Positions 1-8,524 of a DNA stretch of 54,186 bases are shown here, piece by piece. Numbering within the stretch: the stretch's first letter is position 1; each line of letters begins with the position of its first letter. The notes under the pieces were generated by a model. That model made no database searches. It was given only the letters and a program-made list of their open reading frames with translations, and was not told the origin of the DNA. This stretch comes from Desulfosporosinus sp. (GTDB lineage Bacteria > Bacillota > Desulfitobacteriia > Desulfitobacteriales > Desulfitobacteriaceae), in the NCBI GenBank assembly GCA_050945735.1, contig JBMNTM010000001.1:1-54186 (forward strand), read 5' to 3'. A program made the position numbers and the translations under genes.

Positions 1-69
1 TACCCTGAATCGGCTCCAAAACCGGCTCTTACTCCAGCCCCAGCCCCTAAACGGATAAGAATACCGTAG
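1..69 (+). CDS. 3' end of an upstream ORF with a Pro/Ala-rich tail (partial)
   Basis: Frame 1 reads YPESAPKPALTPAPAPKRIRIP* with TAG at 67-69; product cannot be identified. Confidence 0.4.
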   Translation, partial: YPESAPKPALTPAPAPKRIRIP

Positions 70-152
70 TAACCCAACTGGAAGTATTATTTAAAATAGG
101 ATAAGCAAAATCTTCTCCCCCCAGGCATAGGTATTAGAACAGTGAGAAAGGG

Positions 153-905
153 GTGGAGAAGATGTTTATGGAACTTTTTTTAGTCAGTTTAGCTCTCTCC
201 GTTCTTAAGGGAGTATCTTTACTGGTTTCCTATATTAACAATAATGCTTTCCCGCAGCCTTTAAGTGAGCAGGAAGAGGCACGGTATTTGAAAATCCTGA
301 GTGAAAGTAAAACAGAACCTTTTATCCTGACTCGTGAAGTCGAACACGCACGCAATACGCTAGTGGAGCATAATTTGCGTTTGGTAGCACATTTGGTCAA
401 GAAGTTCGATGGAACAGGAGAAGACAGTGACGACTTGATTTCTATCGGCACGATTGGTTTAATCAAAGGGATCAATACCTTTGATCCAAATAAAGGGACG
501 AAACTTGCCACGTATGCGGCTCGTTGTATAGAAAATGAAATTCTGATGCATTTGCGTTCCCTGAAAAAATCCCGGGGAGAAGTATCGATTTATGATCCCA
601 TTGGCATGGATAAAGAAGGTAATGAGATTTCTTTAATCGATGTACTTGGTTCGGACGAGGAAGATATTTCTATCAAGATCGAAAACGAATCTGAGCAGCA
701 AGCCTTGCTGGAGCTTGTCAAAAAGTTAAACAGTAGGGAAAAGTTAGTGTTGCAGTTGCGTTATGGGTTGATGAACAGTCAAAAACGAACACAAAGGGAG
801 ATTGCTAAAACTTTAAAAATTTCACGCTCCTATGTTTCACGTATTGAAAAAAAAGCAATTCAAAAATTGATGGAAGAAATGGACAAGATTAATTCCAAAA
901 AATAA
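153..905 (+). CDS. sigK: Pro-sigma-K, late mother-cell sporulation sigma factor (uninterrupted)
   Basis: Hydrophobic pro-sequence then SYI..FPQPLS; HNLRLVAH, DLISIGTIGLIK, TKLATYAARCIENEILMHLR, TQREIAK..ISRSYVSRIEKKA. Confidence 0.95.
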   Translation: MEKMFMELFLVSLALSVLKGVSLLVSYINNNAFPQPLSEQEEARYLKILSESKTEPFILTREVEHARNTLVEHNLRLVAHLVKKFDGTGEDSDDLISIGTIGLIKGINTFDPNKGTKLATYAARCIENEILMHLRSLKKSRGEVSIYDPIGMDKEGNEISLIDVLGSDEEDISIKIENESEQQALLELVKKLNSREKLVLQLRYGLMNSQKRTQREIAKTLKISRSYVSRIEKKAIQKLMEEMDKINSKK

Positions 906-914
906 GTCTGTTAC

Positions 915-943
915 TTGCTCCGACGGCATCCTCAGGGTATAAT
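915..943 (+). promoter_or_regulatory. Putative sigma-A promoter for yqeG
   Basis: TTGCTC-N17-TATAAT. Confidence 0.5.
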
Positions 944-973
944 TAAAGAAAATTTTGCACTTTGGAGGGCTCA

Positions 974-1507
974 ATGTTTGAGTATTTTCGACCGACACTT
1001 CAAGCACCTTCGCTTGCGCTTATTTCAGTTGAACAACTTGTTAGGGCAGGAATAAAAGGGCTTATTATAGACTTGGATAATACAATGACCCCCTGGAATG
1101 ATGTCAAAGTGGATCCAAAAGTGACAGAATGGTTTATTAAAGTTAAAGCCAAGGGAATCAGTGCCTGTGTGGTGTCCAATAGCAGTAAGAGACAGCGTGT
1201 CGCTGTTGTTGCTGAGCACTTGGACATTCCTTTTATTTTCGCAGCAACGAAGCCGCGAAGAAGGGCGTTCCGTTTAGGAATGGAACTTTTAGGAACAGGG
1301 CATACGGACACTGCTGTCATAGGAGATCAGTTGTTTACGGATATCCTGGGCGGAAATCGGCTTGGCCTCTACACAATATTGGTCACCCCAATAAATAAGC
1401 AGCATGAATTTATCGGAACACGCTTTTTGCGCCGGATGGAGAAGGTCCTTGTCTGGTTGATGAAGCATTTCGTTTCGGTAAAACCCTATAGCCCTAAAAC
1501 ACGTTGA
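974..1507 (+). CDS. yqeG: YqeG family HAD IIIA phosphatase
   Basis: DLDNT motif I, VSN, KP, IGDQLFTDILGGNRLG; ATG 974 follows GGAGG. Confidence 0.92.
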   Translation: MFEYFRPTLQAPSLALISVEQLVRAGIKGLIIDLDNTMTPWNDVKVDPKVTEWFIKVKAKGISACVVSNSSKRQRVAVVAEHLDIPFIFAATKPRRRAFRLGMELLGTGHTDTAVIGDQLFTDILGGNRLGLYTILVTPINKQHEFIGTRFLRRMEKVLVWLMKHFVSVKPYSPKTR

Positions 1508-1526
1508 GAATTGTGAATTTAGAATT

Positions 1527-1552
1527 AAGGGAATGGTCAGCCATTCCTTTTT
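1527..1552 (+). terminator. Intrinsic terminator
   Basis: GGAATGG-TCAG-CCATTCC followed by TTTTT. Confidence 0.6.
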
Positions 1553-1605
1553 CACTTAATCTTTTGGTATGTTTCCAACTAACACGTAAAGGAATGTTTT
1601 AAGAA

Positions 1606-2424
1606 ATGGAGAAACACTATGCAGTGATCGGGGATCCAATTGAACATTCCCTCTCGCCGCGGATGCACAATGCCGGCTATGCTGTCTTAGGGATTGATGC
1701 AGAGTACCAACGTTTCCTCGTGCGGCCCCATCATTTGGCGGATGCGGTAGCAGGCCTTACAGCCCTGGGGTTTTCCGGTTGGAACGTAACTCTTCCGCAT
1801 AAGGAGAGCATTATTCCTTTCCTCGATACTCTTACCCCCGAAGCTAGACACGCGGGCGCGGTTAATACTGTGAAAATCCATGCGGGACAGCGGATTGGTC
1901 ATAATACGGATGGCGCTGGGTTTACTCTTTCTGTCGAAGGCCAACTGAACGGGTTTATGGGAAAAAAAGCAGTTTTATTGGGCGCGGGCGGAGCTGCCAA
2001 AGGGATTGCTTTAGCCTTGGTTGAGCGGGGCATGCAGGTACATATTCTGAACCGGACGCCTGCAAAGGCGAAGGCCATGGTCCGTATGATTCAAGATATG
2101 GGGGGAATGGCAACTTCCGGTGTGTTTGCGGCAGGCGATTGGCTGGAAGATGTTGATTTATTGGTACAGACGACTCCGCTGGGATTAAACGGTGAGCCGT
2201 TTCCCTTTTCTTTGCAAGGAATTTCTCCGCAAGCACTGGTCGTTGATATTATCTTTAACCCTAGGCAAACTGCCTTTTTGTCTGAAGCAAAAAAACAAGG
2301 GTGCCGGACTCTAAACGGCTTAGAGATGCTGCTTTATCAAGGGGCTTTGGCTTGGGAGTTTTGGCTGGGTGGTCAAGCACCGGTCGCGGTAATGCGGCAG
2401 GCTTTGTATAGGGAACAATCTTAA
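1606..2424 (+). CDS. aroE: Shikimate dehydrogenase
   Basis: HSLSP, NVTLPHK, GAVNT, GHNTDG, LGAGGAA, GLEMLLYQG. Confidence 0.95.
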   Translation: MEKHYAVIGDPIEHSLSPRMHNAGYAVLGIDAEYQRFLVRPHHLADAVAGLTALGFSGWNVTLPHKESIIPFLDTLTPEARHAGAVNTVKIHAGQRIGHNTDGAGFTLSVEGQLNGFMGKKAVLLGAGGAAKGIALALVERGMQVHILNRTPAKAKAMVRMIQDMGGMATSGVFAAGDWLEDVDLLVQTTPLGLNGEPFPFSLQGISPQALVVDIIFNPRQTAFLSEAKKQGCRTLNGLEMLLYQGALAWEFWLGGQAPVAVMRQALYREQS

Positions 2425-2507
2425 CCTATCTTCTGCATAAGTTTATAAAATTTGCGGAGAATGGACTTTGCAATTAATCACAATCCTCGAAAAAAAGGAA
2501 GATAGAA

Positions 2508-2957
2508 ATGAGCAAAATTAGCGGTACAGAACGAGGGTATACGCTGCTGGAAATGTTGCTTGTGTTGCTTCTCTTGTCGGGTGCAGGTTTCGTGCTTCTC
2601 GTTAAGCTGCCAATATACTTTGAACGGCAACATTTAGATCTCGCAACTACCCAATTATTGGAGGAAATTCGAGATGTCCGGCAGACCGCCTTGGCAGAGA
2701 ATAACTGGTATGTGGTAAGGTTTTATTATCAATCGGGGGATCACTATTATCAGATCTTTCGCCAAGGCACAAGGGTAAAGGAAGTCTATTTAAAGAATGG
2801 GATTAAATTTTTTGGAGTGCCGGGTAATGAAGATGGTAAGATTACTTTTAATGCGGCAGGGAAAAGTTCAGGTACGACTATCACCTTGATAAACTCATTG
2901 GGTGAGCGCAAGAGCGTCATTGTTGCTCCAGTGGGTATGCGGATCAGAGAACAATAA
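2508..2957 (+). CDS. Prepilin-type minor pilin (FimT/GspH/ComGD-like)
   Basis: Class III signal RG|YTLLEMLLVLLLL; C-terminal ITFNAAG..TITL..VIVAPVGMRIRE is typical of GspH/FimT-like pilins. Confidence 0.8.
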   Translation: MSKISGTERGYTLLEMLLVLLLLSGAGFVLLVKLPIYFERQHLDLATTQLLEEIRDVRQTALAENNWYVVRFYYQSGDHYYQIFRQGTRVKEVYLKNGIKFFGVPGNEDGKITFNAAGKSSGTTITLINSLGERKSVIVAPVGMRIREQ

Positions 2958-3011
2958 TTAGGAAAAGGGAACAATATGCATATACAGCGGAAATAGGGGG
3001 AAATAAGGCAA

Positions 3012-4166
3012 GTGCGGTTTTTAACGGCAGGAGAATCACATGGTCCAAAATTAGTAGGAATCATCGAAGGGCTTCCCTCGGGAATGAAGATTTCCAAGGA
3101 GCAAGTAGATGCGGTTTTAAGAAAACGGCAGCAAGGTCCTGGGCGTGGTGGACGAATGGCGATTGAACAAGATGAGGTACACTTCATTTCCGGCATCCGA
3201 GGTGGCTTAAGTACAGGAGCGCCGGTAGCGTTGGAAATACGCAACCGTGATTGGGATAACTGGTCGACGATCATGGCTTGGGGAGAAGAGGCTGACTTAG
3301 AAAGCAGGAAAGTGTTGACTCCTCGGCCAGGCCATGCGGACTTAAGCGGGGCCCTTAAATACCACACTGAAGTGCGCAATATCCTGGAGCGAGCAAGTGC
3401 CAGAGAAACCGCTATGCGGGTGGCGATCGGCAACATAGTCAGACAAGGGTTATCCACGTTGGGGGTGGAGATCAGAGGGCATGTGCGCGCCGTAGGCGGT
3501 GTTCATGCGGCGTATTCTGACGAAAAGGAGTATTGGCAGCGTGTAAGACAGTCACAGTGGTCCGTGGGGGACCCGGTTGCTGAACAACAGATGGAGGGAC
3601 TGCTCCTGGCAGCCCGAAAGCAGGGTGAATCCCTGGGCGGAGTATTAGAAGTCCAAGTACATAATGTTCCTGCAGGCCTTGGCTCTCATGTGCAGTGGGA
3701 TCGTAAGCTGGATGGAAAACTTGCCCAGGCGGTTCTCTCGGTGCAAGCAATAAAAGGGGTTTCCTTTGGACTGGGCTTTGAAGCAGGGGAACGCATGGGT
3801 TCGCAAGTGCATGATCCGATCATTTATTGCAAGAAACAGGGCTTTGCCAGGACTTCCAACCATGCGGGCGGAATTGAAGGCGGAATGAGTAACGGGGAAC
3901 CGATTATCCTGCAGGCAGTGATGAAACCAATCCCAACCTTGTATAAGCCTCTGCCTACGGTACATCTGCAAACCAAAGAGGTGGCTAAGGCCAGTGTGGA
4001 ACGGTCAGATATCTGTGCGGTGCCGGCAGCCTTGGTTGTTTTGGAACATGTGGTGGCCTGGGTGATCACCGAAGCAGTGCTGGAAAAATTTCCGGCGGAT
4101 AGCTTTTCTGAATTGCAGTCAGCCTGGGAAGCTTATCAAGAAAACATACTTGCTTTGGAATTCTAG
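3012..4166 (+). CDS. aroC: Chorismate synthase
   Basis: FLTAGESHG, RPGHADL, ERASARET, GGIEGGMSNG, MKPIPTL, ERSD. Confidence 0.97.
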   Translation: MRFLTAGESHGPKLVGIIEGLPSGMKISKEQVDAVLRKRQQGPGRGGRMAIEQDEVHFISGIRGGLSTGAPVALEIRNRDWDNWSTIMAWGEEADLESRKVLTPRPGHADLSGALKYHTEVRNILERASARETAMRVAIGNIVRQGLSTLGVEIRGHVRAVGGVHAAYSDEKEYWQRVRQSQWSVGDPVAEQQMEGLLLAARKQGESLGGVLEVQVHNVPAGLGSHVQWDRKLDGKLAQAVLSVQAIKGVSFGLGFEAGERMGSQVHDPIIYCKKQGFARTSNHAGGIEGGMSNGEPIILQAVMKPIPTLYKPLPTVHLQTKEVAKASVERSDICAVPAALVVLEHVVAWVITEAVLEKFPADSFSELQSAWEAYQENILALEF

Positions 4167-4217
4167 CGCAATAAAAAGCAAACAGATATTCAAACATCAA
4201 ACCACGTATATGAGAGG

Positions 4218-4760
4218 GTGATCTCCATGCGCAACATCGTTCTCATTGGATTTATGGGAACCGGCAAAAGTACAGTTGGTAAGCGACTGGCCCAGTCACT
4301 TGCTTGGGATTTTTATGATACGGACTATTTAATTGCCGAAATAACAAACTTGAGTGTGTCTGAAATTTTTAAACGACATGGGGAGACCCGTTTTCGTTCC
4401 GAGGAAAGTATTGTGGTTACACGGCTAAGTCAGCAGGAGCGCATCGTGATTGCGACGGGAGGCGGGACAGTGTTAAACCCGCAAAACCGGGAAGCTTTGG
4501 CCCGGAACGGAATTGTAATCTGTCTTCATGCTTCATTAGATGCAATTCTCAGCCGAATCGGCCATAAAAATGACCGCCCTCTTCTGAGGGGTCCAAAAGA
4601 GGAAATTGAAAAATTATGGTTAGAACGGCAAAAATATTACTCTCAGGCTGACTTTACTGTGGATACGTCAGAAAAAAGTATCGATGAAGTAGTCAACGAG
4701 ATTTTAGCATGGCTTGAAAGGATGGATATTAGTGAGTACAGAAGAGATGCAAAAGATTGA
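4218..4760 (+). CDS. aroK: Shikimate kinase
   Basis: GFMGTGKSTVG, DTD, ATGGG, RPLL; start may be ATG 4227. Confidence 0.95.
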   Translation: MISMRNIVLIGFMGTGKSTVGKRLAQSLAWDFYDTDYLIAEITNLSVSEIFKRHGETRFRSEESIVVTRLSQQERIVIATGGGTVLNPQNREALARNGIVICLHASLDAILSRIGHKNDRPLLRGPKEEIEKLWLERQKYYSQADFTVDTSEKSIDEVVNEILAWLERMDISEYRRDAKD

Positions 4761-5835
4761 AGTAACGGCGGAAAGACCGTATCCGGTGTATTTCGGCGCG
4801 TCTCTCGAAGATTTGGGAGCGTACCTAAAGTCTGAATTTAAAGATGTTGAGCACATTTTGATTATTACAGATCATACTGTCAGGGATCTTTACGCGAAGC
4901 GCCTGCAGAAAGGACTCCAGGACTATCGCGTGAATCTATTGACAGTGCCGGCCGGAGAAACAGAAAAATCGCTCGAACGTTTGAGTCAGCTTACCACAGC
5001 GGCACTGCGCTGCGGTGCGGACCGCCGCACACTTGTTATCGCCCTTGGCGGTGGAGTGATCGGCGATTTGGCCGGTTTTTTTGCCAGTGTCTTTATGCGT
5101 GGTATACGTTTGATTCAAGTTCCCACAACATTGTTGGCGCAAGTGGACAGTAGTATTGGCGGGAAAGTTGCTGTGAATCTTCCGATCGCCAAAAATATCC
5201 TTGGTGCATTTTATCCGCCATGGGCAGTTTGGACAGATTTCACAACGCTGGTTAGTTTACCGTGGCAAGAGGTTGAAAATGGTTTAGCGGAAAGCGTTAA
5301 ACATGCCATAATTGCCGACAAGGATCTGTTTGAGTTTTTAGAAACGCAGGCGGAGAGAATAAAACAAGGGGATCCCTTGCTTTGGCAGGAAATGGTGACA
5401 CGCTCGGCAATGGTCAAAATGCGGATCGTTTCACAAGATGAACGGGAACAAGGGGAACGAGCCTTGCTGAATTTAGGACATAGTTTCGGGCATGCCCTGG
5501 AGACGGAGATGAACTATCGTGACGTGACCCATGGTCAAGGGGTCAGCATCGGTCTGGTGGCGGCTGCTTATCTGGCGAATGCTAAAGGGCTCTTGACCGA
5601 GGCGGAGGTTGAACGCATTAAGCATTTGCTGAAAACTTTTGGGTTGCCGACTAAAATTACAGAGATTACATTTAGGATACAACACGTAGAGACCTTGTTA
5701 CAGAGGATGCAAGCGGATAAGAAAAACCAGGGTGGTCGAAAAATCCTGATTCTGCCGCAAGGGATCGGGCAGGCGGTAATATTCAGGGAGTGTACGGACG
5801 CGGAGATCATGAAGGCTTGGGAACAAGTGTATTAA
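4732..5835 (+). CDS. aroB: 3-dehydroquinate synthase
   Basis: GGGVIGDLAGF, PTTLLAQVDSSIGGK, LNLGHSFGHA, HGQGV; start uncertain (4732 or 4747). Confidence 0.96.
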   Translation: MSTEEMQKIEVTAERPYPVYFGASLEDLGAYLKSEFKDVEHILIITDHTVRDLYAKRLQKGLQDYRVNLLTVPAGETEKSLERLSQLTTAALRCGADRRTLVIALGGGVIGDLAGFFASVFMRGIRLIQVPTTLLAQVDSSIGGKVAVNLPIAKNILGAFYPPWAVWTDFTTLVSLPWQEVENGLAESVKHAIIADKDLFEFLETQAERIKQGDPLLWQEMVTRSAMVKMRIVSQDEREQGERALLNLGHSFGHALETEMNYRDVTHGQGVSIGLVAAAYLANAKGLLTEAEVERIKHLLKTFGLPTKITEITFRIQHVETLLQRMQADKKNQGGRKILILPQGIGQAVIFRECTDAEIMKAWEQVY

Positions 5836-5854
5836 AATATATCGGTAGAGTTTC

Positions 5855-5900
5855 AAAAAAGAGTGAAAACAAGAATCGCTTTCTTGTTTTCACTCTTTTT
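5855..5900. terminator. Bidirectional intrinsic terminator between convergent aroB and rubrerythrin
   Basis: AAAAAAGAGTGAAAACAAGAA-TCGCT-TTCTTGTTTTCACTCTTTTT, a long perfect stem with A/T tails. Confidence 0.85.
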
Positions 5901-5909
5901 ACTTAGGTG

Positions 5910-6455
5910 TTATTTGAAATAACGGTTGAGTAATCCCTGGAATGCTTTGCCATGGCGGGCCTCATCTTTTGCCATTTCATGAACGGTATCGTGGATAGCA
6001 TCCAGGTTGAGCTTCTTCGCTACAGTTGCCAGTTCTTTTTTCCCTTGGGTAGCACCAAATTCTGCTTCTATTCTCAGTTCAAGGTTCTTTTGGGTATCAG
6101 CATGAACGACATCGCCTAAGAGTTCTGCAAATTTTGCTGCATGTTCTGCTTCCTCGAAGGCAATCCGTTTGTAAGCTTCAGCAACTTCAGGAAAACCTTC
6201 TCGATCTGCTTGACGGCTCATCGCCAGATACATTCCGACTTCAGTGCATTCACCGATAAAGTTAGCTCTTAAATCTTCAAGAACTTTAGGATCAACACCT
6301 TGGGCTATTCCAACCTTGTGTTCATCTGCCCATTGGCGCTCCCCTTCAATTTTTTCACTAAACTTTTCTTCGGGTGATTTGCATTGGGGACACTGTTCAG
6401 GGGCCTCCGTTCCCTCGTAGATATAGCCACAGATAGCGCAGACAAATTTCTTCAT
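5910..6455 (-). CDS. Reverse rubrerythrin (NADH peroxidase)
   Basis: N-terminal rubredoxin-like CAIC..CPQC followed by a ferritin-like diiron domain ([20 protein letters not shown]). Confidence 0.92.
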   Translation of the reverse strand: MKKFVCAICGYIYEGTEAPEQCPQCKSPEEKFSEKIEGERQWADEHKVGIAQGVDPKVLEDLRANFIGECTEVGMYLAMSRQADREGFPEVAEAYKRIAFEEAEHAAKFAELLGDVVHADTQKNLELRIEAEFGATQGKKELATVAKKLNLDAIHDTVHEMAKDEARHGKAFQGLLNRYFK

Positions 6456-6499
6456 CAAAACCTCTCCTTTTTAAATTCTTAATTACGAGCTCTGAGTGA

Positions 6500-6514
6500 T
6501 TATAATAATTATTA
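6500..6514. promoter_or_regulatory. PerR-like operator
   Basis: TTATAATAATTATTA, one mismatch to TTATAATNATTATAA, overlapping the -10/+1 of the rubrerythrin promoter. Confidence 0.7.
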
Positions 6515-6539
6515 TATTTAAGTAATTATAAAATGTCAA
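6511..6539 (-). promoter_or_regulatory. Consensus sigma-A promoter of the reverse rubrerythrin gene
   Basis: Minus strand TTGACA (6539-6534)-N17-TATAAT (6516-6511). Confidence 0.85.
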
Positions 6540-6815
6540 CACCTTTATATATGGAAATGACTTGAGGTAATCCATTTTTCAATAAATATTAGACAAGCAC
6601 TCTCTGATACGGTCTGAGTTAAATCTGAAGAAAGCATCAATTGTGATTGGGAAAACTGCAGTATATTTAGAGATATTGGCAAATCAGCGTATTACTGAAC
6701 AAGAAACGTCGACAATGCAGGAGTTTCAAAGCGAATAGGGAAATTACAAAAGGAAAAATGGGGCATTGGAGTGAAATCTTCGGACATGGTGGTGAAAATA
6801 ATTGTAAGCGGAAGA

Positions 6816-7172
6816 ATGAAGTGGACAAAAAAGGAACTACAATCTGGTTTTATAGTCTTGGAAGTGATAATAGTTCTTTTCTTAATCGGTATCATTCTGA
6901 CCTTGGCTTCGCCTCATTTTAGTTCTGCAACAAATCAGGTTCAGAATCGTATTGACCAAGCTAACAAAGCAAGAATAGAAGGAGCAGCCCAACTTTATCG
7001 AATTGATGTCGGCGCTTATCCGCAAAGTGTTTCGGATTTGCTTCACCCTCCCATGGGTGAGAGTGGCTGGTGTGGTCCTTATCTGAACCAAGTCCCCCTG
7101 AATCCATTTGATAGTAGTCAAATTTATCAAATCGATGCTTTTGGGCGAGTAAAAAAGGTATTTAGAGAGTAA
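6816..7172 (+). CDS. GspG/ComGC-like (pseudo)pilin
   Basis: SG|FIVLEVIIVL prepilin signal; LYRIDVGAYP..DLL..GWCGPYL..PLNPF resembles GspG; start moved to ATG 6816. Confidence 0.8.
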   Translation: MKWTKKELQSGFIVLEVIIVLFLIGIILTLASPHFSSATNQVQNRIDQANKARIEGAAQLYRIDVGAYPQSVSDLLHPPMGESGWCGPYLNQVPLNPFDSSQIYQIDAFGRVKKVFRE

Positions 7173-7257
7173 TCAGTGATAATTAAAGTATGATAAAAGC
7201 TGAAGATTGCAGAAAGGATAGAAAGTAAATAAGAAACTGCTCAGGAGGAAATAAGTC

Positions 7258-7644
7258 ATGGAAAAACAGAAAACTTCCCAAGGATATGTATTGTTTGATG
7301 TGTTGCTTGGCTTGTTTCTTTTTTCCTTAGGGTTTGCTGTGCTTTTTGGTTTGACTGAGGGAGCAGTATCTGAAGCACGGCAAGCTGCAAGCCTTATGGA
7401 AGGAGCTAATCTTGCTCAGAAAACTATGGATTGCCTGACTGCTCAAGGATGGAGTGAGAATATTGCGACGGGCGCTTGCCTACCGGGGGATACGGTCGAA
7501 GGAAATGAAGGTAGGTTTTACTGGCAGGTTCGAACGGATTGGGATGATATCCCCCAACTATTGAGAGTAAGCGTTGAGATAAGCTGGTTTGAACGCGGAA
7601 AACCTGCCCGGTACAAACTGGAGAGTCTTTATGCGGTTGAATAG
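7258..7644 (+). CDS. Minor pilin (PilV/GspI-like)
   Basis: QG|YVLFDVLLGL prepilin-like signal with Asp at +5; A.NLAQ helix; VSVEISW strand. Confidence 0.7.
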   Translation: MEKQKTSQGYVLFDVLLGLFLFSLGFAVLFGLTEGAVSEARQAASLMEGANLAQKTMDCLTAQGWSENIATGACLPGDTVEGNEGRFYWQVRTDWDDIPQLLRVSVEISWFERGKPARYKLESLYAVE

Positions 7645-8191
7645 AGAGTCTGAAGGCGGTTTCACGCTCTTGGAAGTTTTATTGGCGTTATTAATAACGG
7701 GTATTTTGCTTATGACATCTATGCGCTTATTAACGGATCAGTGGCGGGGGGCAAGAGCGCTAAAAAATCAGTTGGAAGCACACTACTCTGTTTTGACGGC
7801 TGGGAAAACCGTTTCCGATGCGATTCGCATGGCGCAAACGGCGGAATGGGTCAATGATGCGGGGAAACTAAAGTTAAAGATTTTGCCCATGCCGGCTGAC
7901 TCAAATCCGATACCCACGTTTGATTCCTATTTCCTTGATGATAAAGACGGCGATGGGACACAAGATCTTTATTGGGAGCATTTAAAAGTGCCCCAGCCGT
8001 TAGCAAGTTATATAGTCCAATGGCAATGTACGGAGGTAGAACCGGGGTTATGGGAAGTTTTCCTGGAGGCAAGTGTAAACGGACAGAGAGCAGTATGGCA
8101 TGGCACCGTTTTGAGGCGGACATATACTCCGGTGTCTCCAGTAAGCATAAGTCAACCGGTTATGCCACTCTTCTTATCCTCATCCTTTTGA
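7631..8191 (+). CDS. Minor pilin (PilW/GspJ-like)
   Basis: GG|FTLLEVLLAL signal; ..SDAIRMA motif; start moved to ATG 7631. Confidence 0.75.
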   Translation: MRLNRESEGGFTLLEVLLALLITGILLMTSMRLLTDQWRGARALKNQLEAHYSVLTAGKTVSDAIRMAQTAEWVNDAGKLKLKILPMPADSNPIPTFDSYFLDDKDGDGTQDLYWEHLKVPQPLASYIVQWQCTEVEPGLWEVFLEASVNGQRAVWHGTVLRRTYTPVSPVSISQPVMPLFLSSSF

Positions 8192-8523
8192 CAACTTTAT
8201 CAGGACTGGGAATGGAAGGGTATCTTAAGGCAAATGCCGAGAACCGCATGGTAAGACGTGTTGCCCAAAGCCAACAAGCTCTCTATGTGGCAGAAGGGGG
8301 AATCGAGTGGGCGAAAGCCCATCTGTTAGTAAACTCCGAATTGAGAAAGGGAAGCCTAACTTTAGCTACCGGACGTGCAAATATTACAATTGAGTTGAGT
8401 GGAGGAGGTTATAAAGTAACTTCTGAAGGACGGTCGGGTTTAGCAGTGCGAAAAATTGAACAAATAATTCAGATAGAGAACGGAAGGTGGATTATGACGA
8501 GTTATCAGGAGTTACATCGGTAA
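8095..8523 (+). CDS. Minor pilin (PilX/GspK/ComGG-like)
   Basis: TG|YATLLILILL without Glu5; QQALYVAEGGIEWA PilX-N motif; VTSEG; start uncertain. Confidence 0.7.
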   Translation: MAWHRFEADIYSGVSSKHKSTGYATLLILILLTTLSGLGMEGYLKANAENRMVRRVAQSQQALYVAEGGIEWAKAHLLVNSELRKGSLTLATGRANITIELSGGGYKVTSEGRSGLAVRKIEQIIQIENGRWIMTSYQELHR

Positions 8524-8524
8524 C

